Assembly (NCBI GenBank): GCA_963729625.1
Contig: CAVSOU010000017.1
Location: 64,001 to 128,000 of the forward strand
From: an uncultured bacterium
Lineage (GTDB): Bacteria > Chloroflexota > UBA5177 > JANWHV01
Direction of reading: 5' to 3'
DNA: 64,000 nt
The stretch's first letter is position 1. Each line of letters opens with the position of its first letter. The notes beneath the pieces are model-generated. The model was not told where the DNA came from and ran no database searches. It was given only the letters and a program-made list of their open reading frames with translations. Shown here piece by piece: positions 55,699-64,000 of this stretch. The translations under genes and the position numbers were made by a program.

Positions 55699-57129
55699 TC
55701 ACTCCTTTGGCTCTGCGAGGCCCGAGCCGATGGCCATGGAGTACGGCTCCGGCGGCGTGCCCTGTTCCGAACCGCGAGGATCACCTTCGGCATGCTGGGC
55801 TCCAGCGGCACTCTCGGCGCCGCCCGACCGCACTCCCTCCGCCAGCGGGATAGTGACGAGAACGCGTGTGCCCTCGCCGCGCTTGCTGCTGAACACCAGC
55901 CGGCCGCCAAGGTGTTCGACGCGCTCACGCATACCGCGCAAGCCGAAACCCGTCAGGGTCGAACCGGAGGGCCCGGCGCCCACGCCATTGTCCTCTACGG
56001 CGAGCACGATGCATCCTTCCGCCGTGCGCATCGTGACCGTCACCTGCGAAGCATGTGCATGCCGCGACACATTGGTAAGCGACTCCTGGATAACGCGGAA
56101 GAGGCACATTTCCAGCGCCGGGTCATGCTCCTTGGGGAGCGGCGCGAACTCATGCGCGATCCGCAATCCCGTTTCTCCCGCGAAACCTTCTACGAACTGC
56201 CCCATTGCCTCGTGCCAGATGCCGGCTGCCGCCGCGGCATCCCGGAGACCAGCCACCGAACGCCGCACTTCCGCCAGGCCGTCCCGGGACACTTCCTGCA
56301 GACGATCCAACTCTCCTCGCGCGCGCGCAGGGTCGGTGGGGATCAGGCGTTTCGCTGCCTCCGCCTTAATCACCACTGTAGCCAGCGTGTATCCGAGAAT
56401 GTCGTGCAGATCGCGAGCGAGACGGTTTCGCTCATTCGCCACCGCAAGCTGCTCGACCGTGCCGGCGTACACTTGAAGCTGATAGTTGGCCTCCTCCAGC
56501 GATGCCTTGGACTGCTCCAGCTCGGTCAGCAAGGTCAGGCGCGCACGGTGCTCCAGCTCCTGCGTGCGTTGCAGCCAGGCGCCAATAGCGGCAGCGGCAA
56601 GCCCGGCGTCGAGCGGCAGGAACTCGGTGGTCCCCTGCAGCCAAGATCCCGTCGGAACGGTCAGCAGCACTGAAGCGTGGGTCAGCGCGACACAGCAGAG
56701 AAACAGCAACGTGAGTGCGCGCGCGGTCCGCACGTGCCTCCCCTCGGCCAGCACGACGAAGTACATGATGTTGAACCAGAGGCTCTGGGAGTGTGTGGCC
56801 GGCGCCGCCGCGAGCACCATGGCGCATACCAGCAGGGCGCTGAGCACCATGTAGAGCCAGGGCTCCAGGCGAAGATCGCCACCGTGGATCCCGCGAGTGC
56901 CGTATTGCCAGAAGGCGAGACCGGCGTATGCCGCGATGACCAGAATGAGCAAAGGGATGCCGGGCCACAGCTCGTTGGGTCGCAGAGTGAACATCACGCC
57001 GGCGGTGATCGCGCCCAGTGTGATCCAGCGCATCATCATGTACCGTCGCCACATCTCCGGACTGAACGGCGGCGGCGCGAGATCGATGGTCTCCGGCTGC
57101 GGTCTCTGGAGCAGTGCCTGAAGCCTCAC
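55699..57129 (-). CDS. HisKA_3 (DesK-like) membrane sensor kinase
   Basis: 5-6 TM segments; ERNRLARDLHD, QESLTNVSRHA, DNGVG and GFGLRGMRERV. Confidence 0.93.
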   Translation of the reverse strand: MRLQALLQRPQPETIDLAPPPFSPEMWRRYMMMRWITLGAITAGVMFTLRPNELWPGIPLLILVIAAYAGLAFWQYGTRGIHGGDLRLEPWLYMVLSALLVCAMVLAAAPATHSQSLWFNIMYFVVLAEGRHVRTARALTLLFLCCVALTHASVLLTVPTGSWLQGTTEFLPLDAGLAAAAIGAWLQRTQELEHRARLTLLTELEQSKASLEEANYQLQVYAGTVEQLAVANERNRLARDLHDILGYTLATVVIKAEAAKRLIPTDPARARGELDRLQEVSRDGLAEVRRSVAGLRDAAAAAGIWHEAMGQFVEGFAGETGLRIAHEFAPLPKEHDPALEMCLFRVIQESLTNVSRHAHASQVTVTMRTAEGCIVLAVEDNGVGAGPSGSTLTGFGLRGMRERVEHLGGRLVFSSKRGEGTRVLVTIPLAEGVRSGGAESAAGAQHAEGDPRGSEQGTPPEPYSMAIGSGLAEPKE

Positions 57130-57171
57130 CCCGGAATTGTAGCATCGAGTGCGCGAGACGCAGCCGGATTC

Positions 57172-57232
57172 TCTCAGGAATCTCTTGGTTTCGTCTTGGG
57201 CTTCTCTTACCTGCGACTGAGGGTGGTCTTAA
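57172..57232 (+). promoter_or_regulatory. Six 11-bp-phased hexamers (OmpR/MprA-type operator array)
   Basis: TCTCAG-N5-TCTTGG-N5-TCTTGG-N5-TCTTAC-N5-ACTGAG-N5-TCTTAA upstream of gtrA. Confidence 0.72.
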
Positions 57233-57290
57233 CCGTGGCACGTAGCATGGAACTGTACAAGAGAACCGGCACAAGAAGAGAGGATTCCCA

Positions 57291-57785
57291 ATGATTCATC
57301 CGTATCATGGCCTGCACAGAGCCGGCGCGAGCTGGGGTACGCCCGACGCGCGGATCAGCTCACACAGGCGGATCGCTCGTTTTGCCATCACGGGCGGGCT
57401 GGCAGGCCTGCTGCAGATCACGCTGCTCAAGCTGATGCTCGACGGCGGACTGCGCCCGCTGCCCGCCAACGCGAGTGCCTTCCTGCTTGCCGCCCAGTTC
57501 AACTTCTTCATGAGCACGCTCTTCACATGGCGCGACCGCCGCCCCGAGCGGGCGCTCGGCCGCCGCTGGGTGGCATTTCACGGATCGATCGCCGGCATGG
57601 CCGTGGTCAACCTCCTGGTATTCGGAGCCACGCGTCTCGTACTCCCCGATCTGGCGGCCTCCGCGGCGGGCATTGCCGCGGGTGCGTGCGGCAACTACAT
57701 GCTTGGTGACCGCCTTGTCTTCCGGTCGCCACGGCTCGAAGTCTCGCAGCGAGAAGGCGAAGCACAGCGGATGCCCGCAGCGTGA
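57291..57785 (+). CDS. GtrA-family lipid-linked sugar flippase
   Basis: RFAITGG, NFFMSTLFTWRDR and NY...LVF; 4 TM segments. Confidence 0.88.
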   Translation: MIHPYHGLHRAGASWGTPDARISSHRRIARFAITGGLAGLLQITLLKLMLDGGLRPLPANASAFLLAAQFNFFMSTLFTWRDRRPERALGRRWVAFHGSIAGMAVVNLLVFGATRLVLPDLAASAAGIAAGACGNYMLGDRLVFRSPRLEVSQREGEAQRMPAA

Positions 57786-57807
57786 TGTAGGTCGGATAGG
57801 GTGTTCT

Positions 57808-59232
57808 GTGTCGATCCGTTTTCGCCTGACACTCCTCTACAGCGCTATTGTCGCTCTGACAATCGTTGCCTTTGGCATCACGCTGTACCTGGCCGTCTCG
57901 CACATCACCTTTGATCTCGCCAGCAGGTCACTTACCTCGGAGACGGCGAGCCTTGCCTCGACGTTTGGGTCCCAGCCCGATAGGCACGGAGGCGGACCTT
58001 CTTCCCTGTCACTGCCGCCGAATTTCGCGCCGCCCGAAGCATACGCCCAGCTCATCCAGCCCGATGGGGCTGTTGTCTATCAATCTCCCGCGCTGCAGGG
58101 CGCGAACCTGGTGCTCCCTCTGGCCGCCCAAACGCGGCAGCAGATCAGCTCGGATTCCGGCTTAGGCATGGTGGAGACAACGATCGTACTGAGCGGCACT
58201 CGCTATCTGTTGTGCGCGGTGCCCGTCGTCTCCCAATTCCAAGACACGCCCCTCGGCATCCTGGAACTGGCGCGCCCCCTGCAGGACGTCGATCAGACGC
58301 TCAACGCGCTGCGGAACAGCCTCTTGCTGGGCGGTCTCCTCGTGACGATCATCGCGTTCGGCGCCGGCTGGGTACTCTCGGGCGCAGCTCTCCGACCGAT
58401 CAACCGTATCGCTCGCACGGCGCGGGCTATCGGCATCACGCAGGATTTTGACCGGCGAGTCGACTACGACGGGCCCCAAGACGAGGTAGGAAGGCTTGCG
58501 ACGACGTTCAACACCATGCTCAGCCGCCTGCAGGCTGCCTTCCAGGCGCAGAAGCGCTTCGTCGCCGATGCCTCGCATGAGCTGCGTACGCCACTGACGA
58601 GCATCCGCGGCAACCTGGGACTCCTGCAGCGAGATCCACCGATAGATGAGCCCGATCGCACTGCCGTGATCGGCGACCTGGTCTCGGAGAGCGAGCGGCT
58701 CAGCCGCCTGGTGAGCGATCTGCTCACCCTGGCTCGCAGCGACGCCGGACGGCCATTGCGGAGCGAACCGGTAGTACTCATTCCACTCGTAGAAGATGTC
58801 ATACGCAAACTGGCGGTGCTGCATCCTGACAGGCTGATCCGCGAGGAGACGGAGGCCAATCCCGTTGCTATCGGCGATCGAGACGCTATCACGCAGGTAC
58901 TGTTCATTCTGCTGGACAACGCGCTCAAGTTCACGCCGGCCGACGGAAGCGTTGCCGTCTCCGTGCTCGCGCGCGGCACGAGCGCGACACTGGTAGTGAA
59001 GGATAGCGGCGCGGGCATCCCGCGGGCAGCGCTGCCGCACATCTTCGAGCGCTTCTACCAGGGCGACACGGCACGTGCCGGCACTGGATCCGGGCTCGGC
59101 TTGGCGATTGCCAAGGCGCTGGTGGATGGCCAGCATGGCACTATTTGCGTGGAGAGCCAGGAGGGACGCGGAACGACGTTCGCGATCACCCTGCCAAGCC
59201 CGGTCGATTCCGCAAGAGGGCCAGGCCGGTAG
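57808..59232 (+). CDS. Orphan HAMP sensor kinase, paralog of 20295-21791
   Basis: SIRFRLTLLYSAI, DEVGRLATTFNTML and ADASHELRTPLTSIRGN are shared with the upstream kinase. Confidence 0.93.
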   Translation: MSIRFRLTLLYSAIVALTIVAFGITLYLAVSHITFDLASRSLTSETASLASTFGSQPDRHGGGPSSLSLPPNFAPPEAYAQLIQPDGAVVYQSPALQGANLVLPLAAQTRQQISSDSGLGMVETTIVLSGTRYLLCAVPVVSQFQDTPLGILELARPLQDVDQTLNALRNSLLLGGLLVTIIAFGAGWVLSGAALRPINRIARTARAIGITQDFDRRVDYDGPQDEVGRLATTFNTMLSRLQAAFQAQKRFVADASHELRTPLTSIRGNLGLLQRDPPIDEPDRTAVIGDLVSESERLSRLVSDLLTLARSDAGRPLRSEPVVLIPLVEDVIRKLAVLHPDRLIREETEANPVAIGDRDAITQVLFILLDNALKFTPADGSVAVSVLARGTSATLVVKDSGAGIPRAALPHIFERFYQGDTARAGTGSGLGLAIAKALVDGQHGTICVESQEGRGTTFAITLPSPVDSARGPGR

Positions 59233-59333
59233 CGGGTCTCACCGCGAAGCATTTCCGTGAAGCGAACCTTGTCGTGTGCAGACCTTGAAGCACGCCGCCG
59301 TATGATACTATAGCCAATTGGAGGCACCGCCAC

Positions 59334-59897
59334 ATGGTAGCTCAACAGTCTGGTCCGCTGTGGACTGTCGAGGCATACATCGAGCTCGAGCGCTACAGCA
59401 CGGTCAAGCATGAGTATCACGATGGTTACGTGTATGCCATGTCAGGCGGCTCGCAGGCGCACAGCCAGATTGCGGGCAACGTGTACGCGTTGCTGCGAGC
59501 AGGCGTACGCGGGACCGGTTGCCGCGCCCTCAATCCGGACATGAAGATCCGGCAATCGCCAACTGACTACGTGTACGCCGACGCAGTAGTAACATGCGAC
59601 CCGCGCGACAATGTGCCCGGTCAGGATTGGATCGATTACCCAACGCTGATCGTCGAAGTGCGCTCGCCCTCTACCGAACGCCACGATAGGGCTGATAAGT
59701 TCGAGGGCTACAAGGGCATCCCGTCCCTGCGCGAGTACGTACTCGTCGAGTACAGACGACAGGAGGTGGAGGTGTGGCGGCGAGAGGAGAAGGACGTTTG
59801 GTCGGCGCAGGTCTACGGGGCCGGTGATGCCGTGGTCCTCCTCAGTCATGCTCTTACCCTACCGATTGAGCTGATCTACGAGGACAGCGGCGTCTGA
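59334..59897 (+). CDS. Uma2/DUF820 restriction-like endonuclease
   Basis: KHEYHDG...AMSGGS..H, PTLIVEVRSPSTE and IPSLREYVLV. Confidence 0.9.
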   Translation: MVAQQSGPLWTVEAYIELERYSTVKHEYHDGYVYAMSGGSQAHSQIAGNVYALLRAGVRGTGCRALNPDMKIRQSPTDYVYADAVVTCDPRDNVPGQDWIDYPTLIVEVRSPSTERHDRADKFEGYKGIPSLREYVLVEYRRQEVEVWRREEKDVWSAQVYGAGDAVVLLSHALTLPIELIYEDSGV

Positions 59898-60025
59898 TCG
59901 TGCCTGCCAGGGCAGGCAGTCCAGCCCTCGCGCGCAAGAACGCCACAAGCACTACGATCATCGAATCGAGCCATCAGGTTATGACAGGCGCCGCGAGCAG
60001 GGCACGTTTGCCGCCCAACCGCGCA

Positions 60026-60100
60026 AGAAGGAGCGCCCAGTGCCCAAGCCGGCCAAAGTCGACAAGCTGAGGAGGCTTAAGGATCGCACGGTCACGCCGG
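60026..60100 (+). repeat. 75-bp direct repeat, copy 1 (RBS plus first 20 codons of the downstream gene)
   Basis: Matches 60755-60829 with 2 mismatches. Confidence 0.92.
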
Positions 60101-60134
60101 CGGGCCTGCCTTGACCACGCTACTTTCTACGTAG

Positions 60135-60155
60135 CATACTATGATTCATAGTATG
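60135..60155. promoter_or_regulatory. TA operator palindrome
   Basis: CATACTATGA-T-TCATAGTATG downstream of TTGACC (60111). Confidence 0.75.
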
Positions 60156-60165
60156 GGAGGCGGCA

Positions 60166-60456
60166 ATGAATGCGGTAACCACGAGTATCAGAATGCCGAG
60201 GGAGATCCGGGATCAGTATGAGACACTTGCCCAGGCTACGGGTCGTACGCGCAATGATCTGATGGTCGACGCCCTCCGCGTCGTAGCAGAACACCAATTG
60301 CTCGAGATTGCCATGATCCAGGAAGGCGTCGAGCAGGCCCGCACGGGCCGTACCGTAGCGATCGAGGATGTCGTGGCGGAGTTCAAGCGGGACGGTATCT
60401 TGCCGGCGAGCTTCGATCTTGGAAACGATGACGACGAAGGACAGGAGACCGCGTGA
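60166..60456 (+). CDS. CopG/RHH antitoxin
   Basis: TSIRMP...LAQATGRTRN...IQEGVEQARTG; GTGA overlap with the toxin. Confidence 0.85.
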   Translation: MNAVTTSIRMPREIRDQYETLAQATGRTRNDLMVDALRVVAEHQLLEIAMIQEGVEQARTGRTVAIEDVVAEFKRDGILPASFDLGNDDDEGQETA

Positions 60457-60728
60457 CGCTCCGGCTGACGGAAGCGGCTTGCGATGACCTGCGTTCAATC
60501 TATGGATACCATTCACAACGCTCCCCAGCCGGTGCCGACCGCGTCGTAGGCGCGATCCTCAGGGCGGCCAACGGACTTACCCAATACCCTCTTCTGGGCA
60601 AGCACGGCGCCATTGAAGGGACACGAGAACGCCTGCTGACACGCTTTCCATACCGCATCGTTTATCAGGTGGAAGAGAACCCCATTGTCGTGCTCCGCGT
60701 CATACACACGGCGCGTCAATGGCCTTAG
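60453..60728 (+). CDS. RelE/ParE-family toxin
   Basis: LTEAACDDL, YPLLG...GTRE and PYRIVYQV...VLRVIHTARQWP. Confidence 0.9.
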   Translation: MTLRLTEAACDDLRSIYGYHSQRSPAGADRVVGAILRAANGLTQYPLLGKHGAIEGTRERLLTRFPYRIVYQVEENPIVVLRVIHTARQWP

Positions 60729-60754
60729 CACGGGACCGCCAGTTTCAGCCCGCC

Positions 60755-60829
60755 AGAAGGAGCGCCCAGTGCCCAAGCCGGCCAAAGTCGACAAGCTGAG
60801 GAGGCTTAAGGATCTCACGGCCACGCCGG
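60755..60829 (+). repeat. 75-bp direct repeat, copy 2
   Basis: Matches 60026-60100. Confidence 0.92.
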
Positions 60830-61656
60830 AAGCCCAGCTCGACTACGCCCTGGCACTGCTCGCTACCGAATTCCGCCAGGATCTCATTGACGAGGCGCTT
60901 GCCGTGCTCGCGACGGCGCCCGAGGACGCGCGCGCGCGCGCCGCACTGCTGGAAGCTTACGCTCGTTTCGAGGGCGCCTCCAGCCGTGGTGACCAGGGTT
61001 GCTATGGGCGCATGGCGTTGCTGCGCGCCCTCAGGCCGCTGGCCCGGCGCGAAGACGCCGCGCTCCTCGCTCATGCCGCCTCCACCTATGAGTTCCTGCC
61101 GCCGGGGCGTTCGGAGGTGGCGGCAGGCCTGCGCTCCACGGCCCTGGTGGTGCTCAACGACGTCGACGAGCAGCTTGCCGCCTATCACGCCGTGCGCTTG
61201 CTGACCGACCAGCACACGTCGCCGCTCTCCGGCGAGCCCGCGATCACCGCGGCACAAACGCTGGCGGCGCAGGGACAGTACTTGCCGCTCTACGCGTATG
61301 CGGTGCGCACAGATGCCACGACGCCGGAGATCGTAGCCGAGTGCCTGCGCAACCTCAGAGGCGTGCCGCTCTCCGTGTTGCGGCCCCTGGTTGACCGCTA
61401 CGTTACTTCACCGCACGAAATCGTCGTGCTCGGCCTCTTCGACCTCCTGCTGGAGCATCCCGAGCGGCAGGCTTTCTTGCCGCTGATCGTCGAGTTCTTG
61501 CGCGAGACCAAGCTGATCGACCTCTATCGCTGGCTGGTCAGCACCGCGCTGACCGGCAGGGAGCCGAAGCTGATCGCGGCGATCAAGGCCCTGGAGCGCG
61601 AGGAGAACGATCCGCGCAAGCTGGCGATCCTGCACGACGCGCTATCCTTGAGATGA
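60769..61656 (+). CDS. HEAT-repeat-like all-helical hypothetical protein
   Basis: AGGAG RBS plus GTG; Leu/Ala-rich helical repeats; DQGC motif. Confidence 0.7.
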   Translation: MPKPAKVDKLRRLKDLTATPEAQLDYALALLATEFRQDLIDEALAVLATAPEDARARAALLEAYARFEGASSRGDQGCYGRMALLRALRPLARREDAALLAHAASTYEFLPPGRSEVAAGLRSTALVVLNDVDEQLAAYHAVRLLTDQHTSPLSGEPAITAAQTLAAQGQYLPLYAYAVRTDATTPEIVAECLRNLRGVPLSVLRPLVDRYVTSPHEIVVLGLFDLLLEHPERQAFLPLIVEFLRETKLIDLYRWLVSTALTGREPKLIAAIKALEREENDPRKLAILHDALSLR

Positions 61657-61762
61657 ACGTCGCGATCCCATCGTTTGCGCACCATTGACAGGACCGTAAC
61701 GGGGGCGAGCAGCATGACGTTCCACGTGCGCACGACGACGAAGTGGAACCTGTTTCCGGCGC

Positions 61763-62278
61763 TCATGAACCGGCGATGAGCCGTTTGATTGTGGCCATTG
61801 GCAGGAAGAGCCGGTCTGGGTCGTCCACGAAGGCGGTGAAGCCGAATTGCTCGTACCACTGCCGAGCACGCTCATGTTTCGCCTCCACCACGACCGCCAC
61901 CGCAGCGACTTGATCGGTGGCCAACAGGCTCCGCTCCAGCGCGTTCATCAGCAGGCGCGTGCCCAGACCGCGGCCCGCGAAGCGCGTATCCACTGCGAGG
62001 CGTCCAATGAGCGCTGCCGGCAACCGGTCATAGCGCGGCTGCTTGCGAGCGAACGCTTCGGGCAGCTCGGCAGGCGCAATGGAATACATACTCAAGGTAA
62101 AGAACCCGGCGATCATCCCTTTCGTTGTCTCGTGCAGGATGAACACCGCTGCCACCTTGCGGCGCTGTTCTTGGCCGGCGCGCTGTTGTAGATAGGCGTC
62201 GAGCGCCGATTCGCCGCACGAGAAATCCGCTCGAGTATGACGGGCATCAAGCGGCTCAATGACAAAGTGATCTGTCAC
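61763..62278 (-). CDS. GNAT acetyltransferase toxin (TacT/AtaT-like)
   Basis: FSCGESALDAYL, IGRLAVD..FAGRGLG and WYEQFGF. Confidence 0.9.
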   Translation of the reverse strand: MTDHFVIEPLDARHTRADFSCGESALDAYLQQRAGQEQRRKVAAVFILHETTKGMIAGFFTLSMYSIAPAELPEAFARKQPRYDRLPAALIGRLAVDTRFAGRGLGTRLLMNALERSLLATDQVAAVAVVVEAKHERARQWYEQFGFTAFVDDPDRLFLPMATIKRLIAGS

Positions 62279-62593
62279 CTACACCTGGCCGTCCCGTGAC
62301 TCCTCGTAGTCGCTCCACGCAGCGCGGAGTCGCGCGTTCGGCTCAGGCGGATTGAGCAACGCATCGACGAATCGCACGCTATCGCGTACGGAGAGCGCGA
62401 TGACCTGGTGCCTCTGGATTGCTTGCTCTGCCGCGGGCTGCACGTGAGTCAGCACATATTCGGAGACGGAGCGTCCCTCGAGTGCTGCTGCCCGATCGAT
62501 CAGCGCTTTCTGCGCTACACTGGCCCGGATGTCCAGGCGCGTGCGCTTTCGCTCCTCAGCGAGCCCACGCCGTGTCCCTTGCGCACGTACCAT
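62279..62593 (-). CDS. DUF1778 antitoxin (TacA-like)
   Basis: RLDIRAS..QKALIDRAAALEGRSVSEYV...FVDALLNPPEPNARL. Confidence 0.92.
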   Translation of the reverse strand: MVRAQGTRRGLAEERKRTRLDIRASVAQKALIDRAAALEGRSVSEYVLTHVQPAAEQAIQRHQVIALSVRDSVRFVDALLNPPEPNARLRAAWSDYEESRDGQV

Positions 62594-62617
62594 GAAACTG
62601 AACCCCCTTGACGAATA

Positions 62618-62640
62618 GTGTACACCATTCTGGTGTACAC
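62618..62640. promoter_or_regulatory. TA operator palindrome overlapping the -10 box
   Basis: GTGTACACCA-TTC-TGGTGTACAC; minus-strand TACACT. Confidence 0.78.
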
Positions 62641-62773
62641 CACAACGATGCTCCGTGCCATGTGCATGTCGCCAGGGGTTCTGTGGGAACGGCAAATTCT
62701 CGGATACGACGGAACGCCGGTCCGGGCGCGCTCGCCGGCACGACGCCGGTGTCGAAAGGAGCTAGCCGTTGAC

Positions 62774-63844
62774 TCACGCGACGGGCATCGTCCAGCCGAA
62801 GGGGTCTAGAGTACGGCCGTACTGAATGCCGGTGATAGCATCGTACAGTCGATGCGTCAGGTCGCCGATGCGGCGATCGTTGATCACGATGCTCTCGCCC
62901 TTGTAGCACAGCTCGCCAACCGGTGAGATCACCGCCGCCGTGCCTGTACCCCACATCTCGACCAATCGCCCAGCGTGAGCAGCGTCGTAGACCTCGTCGA
63001 TACCGATCTGCCGCTCGGACACGGCGATACCCCAGTCTCGCAAGAGGGTCAGCGCGGAATCACGGGTCACGCCGGGGAGAATCGTGCCGCTCAGGGGCGG
63101 CGTGATCACCTCGTCGCCGATACGCACCATGATGTTCATGGTGCCGACCTCGTCGATGTAGCGGCGGTGCACGCCGTCGAGCCACAGCACCTGCGAGAAG
63201 CCGGCACGATGCGCTTCCTCGCCGGCCAGCAGGCTGGCGGCGTAGTTCCCGGCTGTCTTGGCGGCTCCCGTCCCGCCTTCCACGGCGCGGACGTATTGGT
63301 CCGCGACGAGGATGCGCACAGGGTTCATGCCCTCGGCGTAGTAGGCGCCGACAGGGGAAAGAATGATGTAGAGCAGGTACGTCCTGGCGGGCCGGACGCC
63401 CAAGAATGGCTCGGTGGCAATGATCACGGGACGGATATAGAGGGACGTGCCGAACGCGCTCGGCACCCAGTCGCGCTCAAGGTCCACCAGCGCCAGCAGG
63501 GTCTCCAGCACGCGTTCGGTGTCGATTGCAGGAATGCAGAGGCGAGCAGCGGAGGACTGCAGCCGATCGAGGTGCTTGCGCGGGCGGAAGAGGCGGATCA
63601 CGCCGTCGACGCCGCGGAACGCTTTGGCGCCGTCGAAGATAGCCTGCGCATAGTGCAGCACGCACGCGGCAGGATCCAGACTGAGAGGGCCGTACGGCAC
63701 GATGGCCGCGGCGGCCCAGCCGTGCGCATCGTCGTATGTCATCGTTGCCATGTGGTCGGTGAAGACGGTGCCGAACTGAAGCGTGCTGTCTTCCGGCTTC
63801 GCTTTCGGCGCGGCAGTTCGCGTCACGTCGATTGTCGTCTGCAT
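62774..63844 (-). CDS. ilvE: Branched-chain amino acid aminotransferase
   Basis: FTDHM, LHYAQ, SLYIRP, AKTAGNYA, EVGTMN, ILPGVTR and GTAAVISPV. Confidence 0.95.
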   Translation of the reverse strand: MQTTIDVTRTAAPKAKPEDSTLQFGTVFTDHMATMTYDDAHGWAAAAIVPYGPLSLDPAACVLHYAQAIFDGAKAFRGVDGVIRLFRPRKHLDRLQSSAARLCIPAIDTERVLETLLALVDLERDWVPSAFGTSLYIRPVIIATEPFLGVRPARTYLLYIILSPVGAYYAEGMNPVRILVADQYVRAVEGGTGAAKTAGNYAASLLAGEEAHRAGFSQVLWLDGVHRRYIDEVGTMNIMVRIGDEVITPPLSGTILPGVTRDSALTLLRDWGIAVSERQIGIDEVYDAAHAGRLVEMWGTGTAAVISPVGELCYKGESIVINDRRIGDLTHRLYDAITGIQYGRTLDPFGWTMPVA

Positions 63845-64000
63845 AGCAAGTCCTTTCAAGGCAGGTGCACGAGATGATTACGGCTCATCCAGGCAGTGTA
63901 CCACCGCGAACGCGGGCCAATCACGGGCAGGCACGACACACCTCTACGTCGAGCCGACGTGCCACGGAACGTGCTACGATTGCTCGCGGTGCGGATGTGA

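Noticed and set aside
1-64000. CRISPR array, tRNA or rRNA genes
   Set aside because: No regularly spaced repeat-spacer units or recognisable structural RNA gene signatures were seen by eye.

Overview
High-GC chromosomal accessory region. The gene content suggests a Chloroflexota-like or other Terrabacteria organism (inference). In order, it holds: the 5' end of murQ; a PAS-GGDEF cyclase; a GT-C glycosyltransferase; a cyclase-family hydrolase; htpX; a DeoR-linked sugar ABC/catabolic cluster; a YkcB/ArnT-like glycosyltransferase with a divergent MprAB-like two-component system; and an 8.7-kb secreted RHS/YD gene with ~1,700 aa of adhesin-like modules after its DPLGL site. Next is a 15.8-kb segment bounded by 170-bp inverted repeats with CGAG on both flanks (csp, ABC exporter, XRE-AAA-TPR regulator, methyltransferase, vanadium haloperoxidase, uxuA, MFS). 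After that come a small-peptide / DUF5317 / membrane GGDEF-HD-GYP operon, four intact or decayed toxin-antitoxin loci, a NarL/DesK-type two-component system, gtrA with an orphan kinase, and ilvE. The best candidate for an undescribed system is the 43-aa peptide + signal-peptidase-II-like DUF5317 + membrane c-di-GMP enzyme, a possible peptide-signalling module wired directly to c-di-GMP. Also notable are the adhesin-tailed RHS protein, the composite-transposon-like island, and matching 11-bp-phased operator arrays at two loci 38 kb apart. No rRNA, tRNA or CRISPR array was seen. All family assignments come from motif recognition by eye, not from database searches.
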